From Opitutia bacterium (GTDB taxonomy: Bacteria > Verrucomicrobiota > Verrucomicrobiia > Opitutales > Opitutaceae), in NCBI GenBank assembly GCA_947478395.1, contig CANJVR010000005.1:123603-187602 (forward strand): a stretch of 64,000 bases of DNA, written 5' to 3'. Each line of letters begins with the position of its first letter. The first letter of the stretch is position 1. A program made the translations under genes and the position numbers. Below, piece by piece: positions 1 to 8,870 of this stretch. Below the pieces are notes generated by a model that did no database searches, was not told where the DNA came from, and worked only from the letters and a program-made list of their open reading frames with translations.

Positions 1-861
1 CAACGCTGGCAGACCGAGCAGAATCTCCGCGCTCCGGTGCTGCTCTGGATCGTCAAGAACCGCCACTCGAAGAAATTCGCCAAGCTGCTCAACGACCTGA
101 TTACACCCCGCCTCTTGAGCGCGATCTTCTTCGCCATCGACTACGAGGCGCTGCAGGCCGCGAGCGCCCGCCGCATTCCACTCGGCGATATTCTCAGTGA
201 AGACACCGACCTCATCGCTGATCTGCTTTCAACCGCCGATCCCGAGACCGCCCGCGATCTCGCGAACACGTTGATGCTAAATCAGGGCTTTGAGGAACTG
301 ACCAAGAAATCGCTCCTGGCCCGCTTTATCAAAATCTTCCCGAAGATCCAGTCGCTCGTTGCCGCCGACGCCGAGAGCAAGGAAGAGCAGCTCCTCGTGT
401 CCCGCCCGAGCTTCGAACGTAAGCGCACCGAGTACGAAACGATCGTCTCCAAGAAGATTCCGGAAAACTCCAAGGCCATCGCCACCGCCCGCGAGCACGG
501 CGATTTGAAGGAAAATTCCGAGTACAAGATGGCGAAGCAGGACCAACAGGTCCTCATGGCGCAGAAGACTCTCCTCGAAAAGGAACTGGGTCGCGCGCGC
601 ATCACCGACTTCAAGGAAGCCACGACCGCCCAGGTCAGCGTCGGCAGCATCGTCGAAATCCGCACCGGCGGTTCGACCGTGAAGTACACCTTGCTCGGCG
701 TCTGGGACGGCGATCCTGATCAGGATATTCTCTCTTACAAAACCCCCATGGGGACCGCGCTTCTCGGCAAAAAAGTCGGCGATAGCGTGAAGGTCAAAAC
801 GGGCAACTCCGAAGATACCTACCAGATCGTCAGCATCGGCCGCTACGCTGATACGGTCTAA
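1..861 (+). CDS. greA: GreA/GreB family transcription elongation factor, long form with N-terminal extension (5' partial)
   Basis: Frame is open from base 1. Contains the GreA signature AREHGDLKENSEYKMAK and the C-terminal LSYKTPMGTALLGKKVGD motif, preceded by an extra domain of more than 110 aa. Confidence 0.9.
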   Translation, partial: QRWQTEQNLRAPVLLWIVKNRHSKKFAKLLNDLITPRLLSAIFFAIDYEALQAASARRIPLGDILSEDTDLIADLLSTADPETARDLANTLMLNQGFEELTKKSLLARFIKIFPKIQSLVAADAESKEEQLLVSRPSFERKRTEYETIVSKKIPENSKAIATAREHGDLKENSEYKMAKQDQQVLMAQKTLLEKELGRARITDFKEATTAQVSVGSIVEIRTGGSTVKYTLLGVWDGDPDQDILSYKTPMGTALLGKKVGDSVKVKTGNSEDTYQIVSIGRYADTV

Positions 862-882
862 AAACCGCTGAAATCCCCTCTC

Positions 883-914
883 AGCCCGGCCGCGTTTCGC
901 GGCCGGGCTTTTTT
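883..914 (+). terminator. Intrinsic terminator after greA
   Basis: AGCCCGGCCGCG-TTT-CGCGGCCGGGCT hairpin followed by a T-tract. Confidence 0.85.
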
Positions 915-1000
915 ATGCTCAATTTTTTCGAGCGCGGGTCGACAGACGGGCAGAGGTAAAAAACCTCCCACGCAAGAGGGAAGCCCAACGGGGCCACGGC

Positions 1001-1218
1001 TGAGGCGTGTCAGCAAAGCAAAATTCCAAACCGAGAGGAGAAGCGCTGGTCAGATTTCCCCCACGGTGAAAATCTTTAATCGGCGGCTTCGGCTGATCGC
1101 CTGCGCATTGAAGGAGGGGCGTCTGCTCATCGCGACGATTGCGACGATTACTCCAAGTCGTAGGCGATTAGACCGCGAGTGAATCCCCCTAGCGGTTCAA
1201 TCACCTCAGGAGTGTTTT
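1001..1218 (-). repeat. Dispersed MITE-like element, family B, copy 1
   Basis: Reverse complement aligns with 39321-39590, e.g. GCGCAGGCGATCAGCCGAAGCCGCCGAT is identical and GATTGAACCGCTA..GGATTC is shared. Ends are approximate. Confidence 0.75.
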
Positions 1219-1283
1219 TTATCCGTGTTGATCCGCACCATCCGTCGTTGAAATTCGCTTACCTCCCCGTCTCCTCCATTCCC

Positions 1284-1916
1284 GTGGATCCACTCATCAA
1301 AGGCACGATCATCGGCTTCTCGATCGCGGTACCCGTCGGGCCCGTCGGCCTGCTCTGCATTCGTCGATCACTGGAGGGCGGCCGACTCGCCGGATTTGTT
1401 TCAGGTCTGGGCGCCGCCACCGCCGACACGTTCTACGGCCTGATCGCCGCGTTCAGTCTGACGGCCCTGACCAATCTGCTCATTGCGCACCGCACAACGC
1501 TCCAAATCGTCGGCGGTCTTTTCCTGCTCTATCTCGGCATCCATACGCTGCGGTCCCATCCGCCCTCCGCAGTGGCCGGGGCCCGGGCCCGACCCGCGCC
1601 CAGTCTCACTGCAGCTTATTTTTCCACCCTCGTGCTCACCGCCACAAGTCCGGTCACAATCCTGGCGTTCCTCGGCATCTTCGCCGGCTTAGGAGTCGGC
1701 GGCAGCGCCGGCAATGCCTTCGGCGCATTCCGGCTGGTGCTCGGTGTGTTTCTCGGCAGCGCCATCTGGTGGCTGGTTCTGAGCAGCAGCGCACAATGGC
1801 TCGGCCGCAAACTGCAGCACGGCGGCCTTCGCGCCCTCAATATCGGCGCCGGCCTCGTGATCACCGCCTTCGGCCTCTGGCAACTCGCCCAACTCGCGTT
1901 CAACTCTCGTTCCTGA
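1284..1916 (+). CDS. LysE family amino-acid exporter
   Basis: Motif GFSIAVPVGPVGLLCIRRSL..G..AGFVSGLGAATAD and about 6 hydrophobic helices. GTG start at 1284 preferred over 1179. Confidence 0.88.
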   Translation: MDPLIKGTIIGFSIAVPVGPVGLLCIRRSLEGGRLAGFVSGLGAATADTFYGLIAAFSLTALTNLLIAHRTTLQIVGGLFLLYLGIHTLRSHPPSAVAGARARPAPSLTAAYFSTLVLTATSPVTILAFLGIFAGLGVGGSAGNAFGAFRLVLGVFLGSAIWWLVLSSSAQWLGRKLQHGGLRALNIGAGLVITAFGLWQLAQLAFNSRS

Positions 1917-2065
1917 TTTCTCGACCGGCGGATACGAGAACCGCTCTTGAAAATGTAGGCCGCGTGCCCTCACCCCGCCCACAATTGATCCCCCATTCGC
2001 GGAGACAAAAGGGTTTCTCCGAGTGAAATTGCTTTTCCGGACTCACTCCCCCAGCGTCCCACCCC

Positions 2066-3004
2066 GTGAACGCCTCGTGGGATATTCTTAAAACTCTCTC
2101 CGACCCCACCCGCCTGCGCCTACTCGCCCTCGTGCTCCGCGAGGAACTCTCGGTGGCCGAACTTCAGGAAATCCTCGGCATGGGGCAGTCGCGCATTTCT
2201 TCCCAGCTGGCATTGCTCCGTCAGGCGGGCCTCGTCTCCGACCGACGCGAGGGAAAGAAAGCGTTCTACTCCCTCCGCGCCTCCCTGCCCCCACCCACGC
2301 TCGCCCTCTTGCGCGCGGCCGTCGAATCGGTCGCCGAGTTGCCTGACCTGAGCGAGGACCGCACCAATCTCGAACGCATTCTCCAAAAACGCCGTCGCAC
2401 CTCCGAACAGTATTTCAACCTCATCGCCGGCCGCTTCGGAAAAAATTACTGCCCGGGCCGGTCATGGGAAGCCATCGGCCATCTCGCATTGCGGCTGACG
2501 CCCGCGATCACGATTGCCGACCTCGGCGCAGGCGAAGGTCTCATTTCGCAACTTCTCGCGCAGCGTGCGAAGCAGGTTTGGTGCATCGATAATTCCCCAC
2601 GCATGGTCGAAGTCGGCACCGAACTCGCCGCGAAGAACAAGCTCGCGAATCTCGCCTACAAGCTCGGTGACATCGAGCAGGTGCCGCTCCCGGAGAAATC
2701 CGTCGACCTCGCCATTCTCAGCCAGGCCCTGCACCACGCCCAACACCCGCAGCGGGCCGTCGACGAAGCGTTTCGCATCCTCCGTCCCGGCGGCCAGGTC
2801 CTGATCCTCGATCTCGCCGAGCACACGTTCGAGAAAGCCCGCGAACTTTACGCCGACGTCTGGTTGGGGTTTAAGGAAAGCGCGCTTCACGCTTTTCTAA
2901 AAAAATCCGGCTTTCAACAGGTCGAAGTCACTGCCGTCGCCCGCGAATCGGCGGAGCCGCACTTCGAGACGCTCCTCGCCAGCGGAATCAAATCCGGCAA
3001 GTAA
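2066..3004 (+). CDS. ArsR-family HTH fused to a SAM-dependent methyltransferase-like domain (SahR-like regulator)
   Basis: N-terminal LSDPTRLRLL..ELSVAELQEILGMGQSRISSQL HTH; C-terminal IADLGAGEG SAM motif I and LHHA..P..A..EAFRILRPGG. Confidence 0.88.
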   Translation: MNASWDILKTLSDPTRLRLLALVLREELSVAELQEILGMGQSRISSQLALLRQAGLVSDRREGKKAFYSLRASLPPPTLALLRAAVESVAELPDLSEDRTNLERILQKRRRTSEQYFNLIAGRFGKNYCPGRSWEAIGHLALRLTPAITIADLGAGEGLISQLLAQRAKQVWCIDNSPRMVEVGTELAAKNKLANLAYKLGDIEQVPLPEKSVDLAILSQALHHAQHPQRAVDEAFRILRPGGQVLILDLAEHTFEKARELYADVWLGFKESALHAFLKKSGFQQVEVTAVARESAEPHFETLLASGIKSGK

Positions 3005-3012
3005 GCTTCGAA

Positions 3013-3099
3013 AGGTAGCGTCGGGACCTCCCGGGCCCGATCGTCCGAAAATCACCGGACCGTGAACTAGGCGCGCGCCCGGAGCTCACGGCCCTGCCT
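3013..3099. repeat. Degenerate inverted GTAG-type REP pair between convergent genes
   Basis: AGGTAGCGTCGGGACCTCCCGGGC on + and AGGCAGGGCCGTGAGCTCCGGGC on - face each other. Confidence 0.35.
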
Positions 3100-3107
3100 T
3101 TCTCCGC

Positions 3108-4301
3108 TTAGGGCGCCCAGACGCTGCCCTGTAAGGCCGAGCCGAAGCTTTTCGGGCTGATCGGCGTGCTCTTACCAGTCTCGGTATCGAGAATGCAGAG
3201 CACATTGGTCGACGCCGAACGCGCCGTGTACACGAGGTGTCGGCCGTCGGGCAGCCAGCTGGGCTCGACGCCGTCGAATTGGGCCTTCGACACTTTCTCG
3301 CTCGCCCGTTTTGAGAAATCGTACACCGCAATCTGATAGTTGCCGCCGTCCTTCATCGTGAACGCGATCCGGTTGGGATTGCCCCGACTCCAATCCGGCT
3401 CCGTGCAATAGCCACTGATCCCTGAAGTCAGGCGGGTGGGCGTGCCACCCGTTACCGGCATGGTGTAAAGCTGTGGACCGGGCTCGCAGGCGAAAACCAG
3501 GCGCGTGCCGTCCGGCGAAAAACAAGGAGACGATTTCACCAAGTCCGAGTGAGTGAGACGCGACCGCGCATCAATGCGACCTTGCGCGTTGGCGAGCCAT
3601 ACTTCGGACGAGCCCGTCCCGGTGAGAATCATCGCGACCTGCGCTCCGCTCGGACTGTAGTGCGCCCCGCTGTTCGTCCCTTTCAAACTCAAGAAGGTCG
3701 TACGCTGCAACGTGCCGAGATCGATGGTGAAGATATCCGGATAGCCCGACTTGTAAAAACTCGTGTAGATGAGTTTTGAGCCATCGGGCGACCAGCGCGG
3801 CCCAAGCGTGATGGCGTTGTCGCGCGTAATTTGCTGCACGCCACCAAAGAGAATGTCGGCCGTGTAGATCTCCTTCTTGCCGGTCCGCTCGCTGACGAAC
3901 GCCATCTTCGAGGCAAAATAACCCCGCAGGCCGAGACCATTGGTTTTCGCGACGGCCACATCGGCGGCGCGCAGCAGCGCATTGCGAACGTTGGCACCCG
4001 TGACGACTTCAGAAACCACCGAGGCGCCGCCGGCGGTTTTAACAACATCGACGCGCACCTGCGTCGGTGTAACGGCGGAGAATTTGATGTCGTACGCAAA
4101 ACCACTCGCGACAACGCGGTAGCGCCCGTGCGTGCCGAAGGCCTGCAAGGCGAGCGCATTAAGTTCGGGCGTCGTAGCGGAAACGCGCACCGGCAGGGTC
4201 TTGTTGTCCGCTATGACTTCGACGGAGCCGATGTCACGCTGCGCGATCGCGGGGACGATCAATAACGCAAGCAGCAGGGAAAAACGCAGGAGTTTTTGCA
4301 T
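3108..4301 (-). CDS. tolB: TolB-like beta-propeller protein (PD40 repeats)
   Basis: Signal peptide; repeated PRWSPDGSKLIY, HYSPSG, FSPDGTRLVF, PDWS and PSWLPDGRHLVY motifs. Confidence 0.8.
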   Translation of the reverse strand: MQKLLRFSLLLALLIVPAIAQRDIGSVEVIADNKTLPVRVSATTPELNALALQAFGTHGRYRVVASGFAYDIKFSAVTPTQVRVDVVKTAGGASVVSEVVTGANVRNALLRAADVAVAKTNGLGLRGYFASKMAFVSERTGKKEIYTADILFGGVQQITRDNAITLGPRWSPDGSKLIYTSFYKSGYPDIFTIDLGTLQRTTFLSLKGTNSGAHYSPSGAQVAMILTGTGSSEVWLANAQGRIDARSRLTHSDLVKSSPCFSPDGTRLVFACEPGPQLYTMPVTGGTPTRLTSGISGYCTEPDWSRGNPNRIAFTMKDGGNYQIAVYDFSKRASEKVSKAQFDGVEPSWLPDGRHLVYTARSASTNVLCILDTETGKSTPISPKSFGSALQGSVWAP

Positions 4302-4402
4302 GATGGAAAAATAAATGCGGGAAAATTTTCGCGACGCGAAGGGCTTTCTATTTGCGCGCTGCTCCCGCTTAACAACTCTAATTTGTTCACAATCGCACCA
4401 AC

Positions 4403-5503
4403 GTGACCGACGACGAAATCAAAGAGCACCTCAAGCAAGTCAAGTATCCCGGCTTCAGCCGCGATATCGTGTCGTTCGGCCTCGTGCGCTCCGCTGGTTT
4501 TGCCGACGGCACCGCCAAAGTCGCGCTCGCCCTGACCACCAGCGATCCGAAAATCCCGCTCTACCTAAAAGGCGAAGTGGAAAAATGCCTCCGGGCCATC
4601 CCCGGCGTACGCGATGTGGTCATCGATATTTCCGTGCAACCGACGCGCGCGGCCACTCCAGCCGCCAACGGATCCGGCGGAAATCTTCCCGGCGCCACCG
4701 TCGCCAAAACCGCGCGCTACGCCATCGCGATCGCTTCGGGCAAGGGCGGCGTGGGCAAAAGCACCTTTGCCGTCAATCTCGCCTGCGCGCTAGCGCAAGT
4801 CCTCACCGCCCAAGGCCGCCCCGGCCGCGTCGGTCTGATGGACTGCGATATCTACGGACCGAGCGTGCCACTGATGATGGGCATTCAAGGCCGTCCCGGC
4901 ATCGAGGGTGAAGGGACGAATTCCTTCCTCATCCCGCTCGAGCGTCACGGCGTAAAAGTAATGAGCATGGGATTTCTCGTGGACGACAACACGCCGGTCG
5001 TTTGGCGCGGGCCGATGATCATGAAAACGATCCAGCAGTTTGTCCAAAACGTGCAGTGGGGCGAATTGGATATCATGCTCGTCGATCTTCCCCCTGGTAC
5101 CGGGGACGCCCAGCTTTCCCTCGTGCAAACGCTGCCGCTCGACGGCGCCGTTCTGGTGACGACGCCCCAGCCCGCCGCGACCAACGTCGCGCGCAAAGGC
5201 GGCCTGATGTTTCAGAAGGTCAACGTGCCCTTGCTCGGCGTCGCCGAGAACATGAGTTACTTCGTCGATCCGTCCGGCCAGCGTCACGAACTTTTCGGGT
5301 CGGGCGGCGGCATCGTCACCGCCGAGAAACTCGGAACGGTGTTACTCGGCCAGGTGCCGTTGATTCCCGAGATTAGGGCCGGCGGCGATACCGGGGAGCC
5401 CGTGGTCGTGAGCGCGCCGAATAGTCCGGCGGGAAAAATATTCCGGGAAATAGCGGAAGAATTACTCATTCGCCTCGCTAAACCAGCGTCGCCGCGAATG
5501 TAA
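4403..5503 (+). CDS. mrp: Mrp/NBP35 (ApbC) Fe-S cluster carrier ATPase
   Basis: N-terminal FeS-assembly domain (VKYPGFSRDIVSFG), ASGKGGVGKS Walker A, DCDIYGPSVP, VVWRGPM, DLPPGTGD, GVAENMS. Confidence 0.93.
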   Translation: MTDDEIKEHLKQVKYPGFSRDIVSFGLVRSAGFADGTAKVALALTTSDPKIPLYLKGEVEKCLRAIPGVRDVVIDISVQPTRAATPAANGSGGNLPGATVAKTARYAIAIASGKGGVGKSTFAVNLACALAQVLTAQGRPGRVGLMDCDIYGPSVPLMMGIQGRPGIEGEGTNSFLIPLERHGVKVMSMGFLVDDNTPVVWRGPMIMKTIQQFVQNVQWGELDIMLVDLPPGTGDAQLSLVQTLPLDGAVLVTTPQPAATNVARKGGLMFQKVNVPLLGVAENMSYFVDPSGQRHELFGSGGGIVTAEKLGTVLLGQVPLIPEIRAGGDTGEPVVVSAPNSPAGKIFREIAEELLIRLAKPASPRM

Positions 5504-5577
5504 CATTCGCGCGAAATCGCAGGCATTGACAGCCCATTCCCCGTCGCTCTGATTCCGTGACTCCGACGACCAGCCGC

Positions 5578-5853
5578 ATGTCTTCTACCGCCAAAGAGTC
5601 CGATACTTCATCGTCCCGTGAATTTGTGAAGCAATCGAGCCTCTATCAGGAGTTCCTCGCCGAGCGGGAGGAGATCCTGAAGCACAAGTGGCTCGAATCC
5701 GAGCGTCTCGGTTGCGACATCGGCTTTGAGCGCGCTCTGCTCGACTGGATTCGCAAGCATCGCGAGAGCTGGCGTGCCGCCCGGCGCCATCAGTTGTCCG
5801 TGCAAAGCGCGGCTTCCGCGTCGCCGTTTTCGAATCCGCCGGTTAAGAAGTAA
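5578..5853 (+). CDS. Small hypothetical protein, DUF4032-like
   Basis: EILKHKWLESERLGCDIGFERALLDW resembles DUF4032 (from memory). TTGACA at about 5526 upstream. Start could be GTG 5557. Confidence 0.65.
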   Translation: MSSTAKESDTSSSREFVKQSSLYQEFLAEREEILKHKWLESERLGCDIGFERALLDWIRKHRESWRAARRHQLSVQSAASASPFSNPPVKK

Positions 5854-5927
5854 ATAACGCGGTGCCTCCGCCCGCGCTTTTGAAAATCGTGTGACGGGAT
5901 ACCGGACGCGGCCTGAAAACCCCGCGC

Positions 5928-6069
5928 TGGAGAGATCTAACCAAAAGCGTAGTCGCTAAAAACGGAGTGGCCGGCGGTCGCTGCCGGCCGAAACGGGGAC
6001 GCCGAACCCGGCAGGCAGAGACGCCTGCCGCTATGCAAAACGGCCGCCGAAAAAGTTAAACCGCCCTAC
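5928..6069 (+). repeat. Dispersed ~140-bp palindromic element, family A, copy 1
   Basis: Core GCCGAACCCGGCAGGCAGAGACGCCTGCCGCT and end TTAAACCGCCCTA shared with the copies at 32494, 46442 and 51665. Confidence 0.85.
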
Positions 6070-6091
6070 CTGGTTCGGTTCCGCCAAGCGC

Positions 6092-6117
6092 AAAAAAGCC
6101 GGGCCACACGCCCGGCT
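6092..6117 (-). terminator. Intrinsic terminator after rpmG
   Basis: On the - strand: AGCCGGGC-GTGTG-GCCCGGCT followed by TTTTT. Confidence 0.8.
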
Positions 6118-6166
6118 GGATAAATCGGTGGACTGCAATGACGCGCGGTCCGGCTATTCGCTGCCC

Positions 6167-6331
6167 TTACTTGATTTCCTTGTGCAGGGTGTGGCGCTTG
6201 AGGAAGGGGTTGTACTTCTTTTTCTCAATGCGCTCCGTCACGGTTTTCTTATTCCGAAAGGTGAGGTAACGGGAGGCGGGTTTGCCCTCTTTTTTGGCTT
6301 CGGTGCATTCTAGGGTGACGACTTCTTGCAT
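6167..6331 (-). CDS. rpmG: 50S ribosomal protein L33 (absent from the ORF track)
   Basis: Manual translation [54 protein letters not shown] (54 aa), with the typical L33 KKY.P...RHTLHKE motif. Confidence 0.95.
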   Translation of the reverse strand: MQEVVTLECTEAKKEGKPASRYLTFRNKKTVTERIEKKKYNPFLKRHTLHKEIK

Positions 6332-6504
6332 GGTTTTAAATGGATTGAGGGGTCAGAAGAAACCGCCGGGCCCCCGCGGAGCAATCCCAAAGTTACCACC
6401 CGCGTACCTGCCGCACAAGCGAGCGCCGTCCGGACTAGGTCAGGGCGGCGAAATAGCACCAAAGCAGAGGAGGAACCACGATGGCATTATCCCCAATGGG
6501 GAAA

Positions 6505-6639
6505 GTCTTAGATTGGCCGGGATCACCAAACTTACTTACCGTGCCCGAAGGCGATGAGCCGCCGGTGAGCTCGTCGATTCGCCCACTGGCGAATCCCATG
6601 AGCGGTGTATTAGCCTCCGGGAATTTCGAGGACACCCTA
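6505..6639 (-). repeat. Family B element, partial copy 3, abutting the stop codon of the diadenylate cyclase gene
   Basis: Minus-strand ACCGCTCATGGGATTCGCCAGTGGGCGAATC...CGGCTCATCGCCTTCGGG...GGTGATCCCGGCCAAT matches 39352-39446. Confidence 0.7.
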
Positions 6640-7980
6640 ACGCCGTTTTTCCGTGAGCGGTACCATTACGCCCCGCCGGAAGAGAGTGACCTGGCTCGTG
6701 CTCGATGAAACCACGATTGCGATACAGTTGGCTGCAACGCTGATCGCCGCCGCCGCCGCGTGGCGACTGCCCAGCCCACTGGGGAGCGCGTGGTTGTTAT
6801 CCGTTGCCTGAATCAGACTGCCGGCGGATTCCACCACACCGTCGCCCCGAATGGTAAACGCCCCGTCGATGGAAGAAAATTCCTTCACTGTTTCGTCCAT
6901 GAAAGGATTCAGGATATTGCGATCCTCCTCTTTGTAGCCGAAAAAAGGATTGAGCACGAGCGGCTTGACCAGACCGCTCACTTTATCCGTGTCGCCCACC
7001 ACGAAGAGGCATCCCACCGGGCGACCCTCGCGACCTTCCACGGCGAGTTCGGTCGCCACCGCAATCACCCGCTCAAGGACCTCGGGTTTCACATCCGCCG
7101 GCAACAACTCGGAGATTTGGCCGGTAAGGAGGGTTTGAAATTCACGCTCGATGTCGACGACCACGAGGGTGTCGAACTGATTGCTGCCCGTCATGCCGTC
7201 GAGGCAGCAGATCCGGTCGGTAAAATTAAAAACCCCGCGCGTCAGGCCCACGAGGATCGCGCTGCGGAGTTGCGCCATGCGCTGGTTTGAGAACGACCGC
7301 ACTTGGATCGTCCCGGCGAACTCGCGTTCATCGGCGCCGGGCTCCACCGGATTGCGCGTCACGAGAATGGTTTTGAGTTTCGACTCAATCGCGCTGCGGT
7401 CGATGCCGCCGATAAACGTGTCGCCGAAAACCATGATCGCCCCGCAGCCCGCGCCCCGCGCGACCCGTTCCGCCTCGCGAAACATGAGGCGATTGATCCG
7501 GTTTTGCTGCGCTTGCACCGGACGGATTCCCCCGAGGCCGCCGACGAGCAACTCGCGCAACGTATCGAGATCGGGCGCGCGGACGAGTCCATCGACCAGC
7601 GCCTGCTCCTTCACCTGACGCGCAATCGAGGCCAACACCTGCAGGTAGTCGCGGGCGCGCTCTCCCGCGATCAACATCACAATCAGATGCACGCGCTCGT
7701 CGATAATCGCGCCATCGTGCTTGATGCCGGTGCGGCTCCGGCCGATGGCGAGAATGTAGCGACGGGGCATCTTCACCCGCACGTGTGGGAGCGCCACGCC
7801 GAGACCGAGGTAGGTCGTCATCGTGCTCTCGCGGGCGAGCAGACCCTTAAGCAGGGACTCCCGTTTCAGATCAGGAAAACTCGCGACACTGACCGCCAGT
7901 AACTCCTGCAACGCCCCCTCTAAATCCGTACTCCGCAAATCGATGATGCGGCTGCGGGCGATAATTTTGTCGAGACGCAT
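6637..7980 (-). CDS. PTS EIIA domain fused to a DacZ/CdaZ-type diadenylate cyclase (DisA_N/DAC domain)
   Basis: N-terminal RESTMTTYLGLGVALPH (EIIA phospho-His motif). C-terminal EGREGRPVGCLFVVGD, KEFSSIDGAF and GLGSRHAAAAAIS DAC motifs. Confidence 0.85.
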   Translation of the reverse strand: MRLDKIIARSRIIDLRSTDLEGALQELLAVSVASFPDLKRESLLKGLLARESTMTTYLGLGVALPHVRVKMPRRYILAIGRSRTGIKHDGAIIDERVHLIVMLIAGERARDYLQVLASIARQVKEQALVDGLVRAPDLDTLRELLVGGLGGIRPVQAQQNRINRLMFREAERVARGAGCGAIMVFGDTFIGGIDRSAIESKLKTILVTRNPVEPGADEREFAGTIQVRSFSNQRMAQLRSAILVGLTRGVFNFTDRICCLDGMTGSNQFDTLVVVDIEREFQTLLTGQISELLPADVKPEVLERVIAVATELAVEGREGRPVGCLFVVGDTDKVSGLVKPLVLNPFFGYKEEDRNILNPFMDETVKEFSSIDGAFTIRGDGVVESAGSLIQATDNNHALPSGLGSRHAAAAAISVAANCIAIVVSSSTSQVTLFRRGVMVPLTEKRR

Positions 7981-8111
7981 GTGCTAAAAATTCCGATCGC
8001 CAAAATCCCAACCTCAAAAAAATCTCAGTTCAGGAAATTCCCCAATTTTTCGCCGTTGGAGTTTTTTGCGATTTGACGCTTTGACCATGGGGATTTCCCG
8101 CGTCGCGGCCT

Positions 8112-8486
8112 TCACTTTTCCCACTCGAGCGCGCCCTTCTTGATTTCGTAGAAAAGCCCGAGCACGAGCACGCCGATAAAAAAGAAAATGGGCCCGATGA
8201 TCGCGATGTGATTGTGCAGGAATTCGCGGTAAATAAACGTCCACGGCACGAGGATGACCACTTCGAGATCGAACAGCATGAACAGCAACGCGGTCAGGAA
8301 GAATTTCACCGAGAACCGCGTGTGCACGATGCCTTCGCTTGGCACGCCGCACTCATAGGCGGAATCCTTGATCTTGGTGTGCTTCGCGCGCTGGCCAAAA
8401 AAATTACTGGCCAAAATAATCGCGACGGTAATTCCCGCCGCGAGCACCGCTTGAATCAAAAAAGGAAGGTAGTCGGCTGTCGTCAT
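8112..8486 (-). CDS. nuoA: NADH-quinone oxidoreductase subunit A
   Basis: KDSAYECG, RFSVKFFLTALLFMLFDLEVVILVPW, YEIKKGALEW. Confidence 0.93.
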   Translation of the reverse strand: MTTADYLPFLIQAVLAAGITVAIILASNFFGQRAKHTKIKDSAYECGVPSEGIVHTRFSVKFFLTALLFMLFDLEVVILVPWTFIYREFLHNHIAIIGPIFFFIGVLVLGLFYEIKKGALEWEK

Positions 8487-8870
8487 TTCGCTCCATGAAA
8501 TGGGCCGAGCTCTTCACGAGAGACAAGAGGGAAGTTACCAGACCAAGTCGGTTCTTTCGCACGCAGGCTACTTTCGCTTCACCTTGGGGAGCGTCTTGAA
8601 CCCCGGTTTTCGTGCTGAAAGCCGTGCCGCAGTTTGATCGACCGAGGCGGAGCGCCACCTGCTCTAAGAGCGGTTGATCGGCCTCCCCGCTTGGGCATCG
8701 TCGGTCGAACGACGTTTTTGCGGGGTAAGGGCACGCCGCCTACCGTCGTCATTACCTGTGCCGGCGAATGCGGCGCATCTTTCGCGGTCTCAGCATGGCA
8801 AAGCTGGAAACAGCGGCTCGCAGACCCGAGCCGGACCTTCAGGTCGGCGCCGATGAAACCACCTCACGCT

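Noticed and set aside
6435..6635. 66-aa ORF downstream of the cyclase gene
   Set aside because: It largely coincides with a family B repeat copy and has no protein features.
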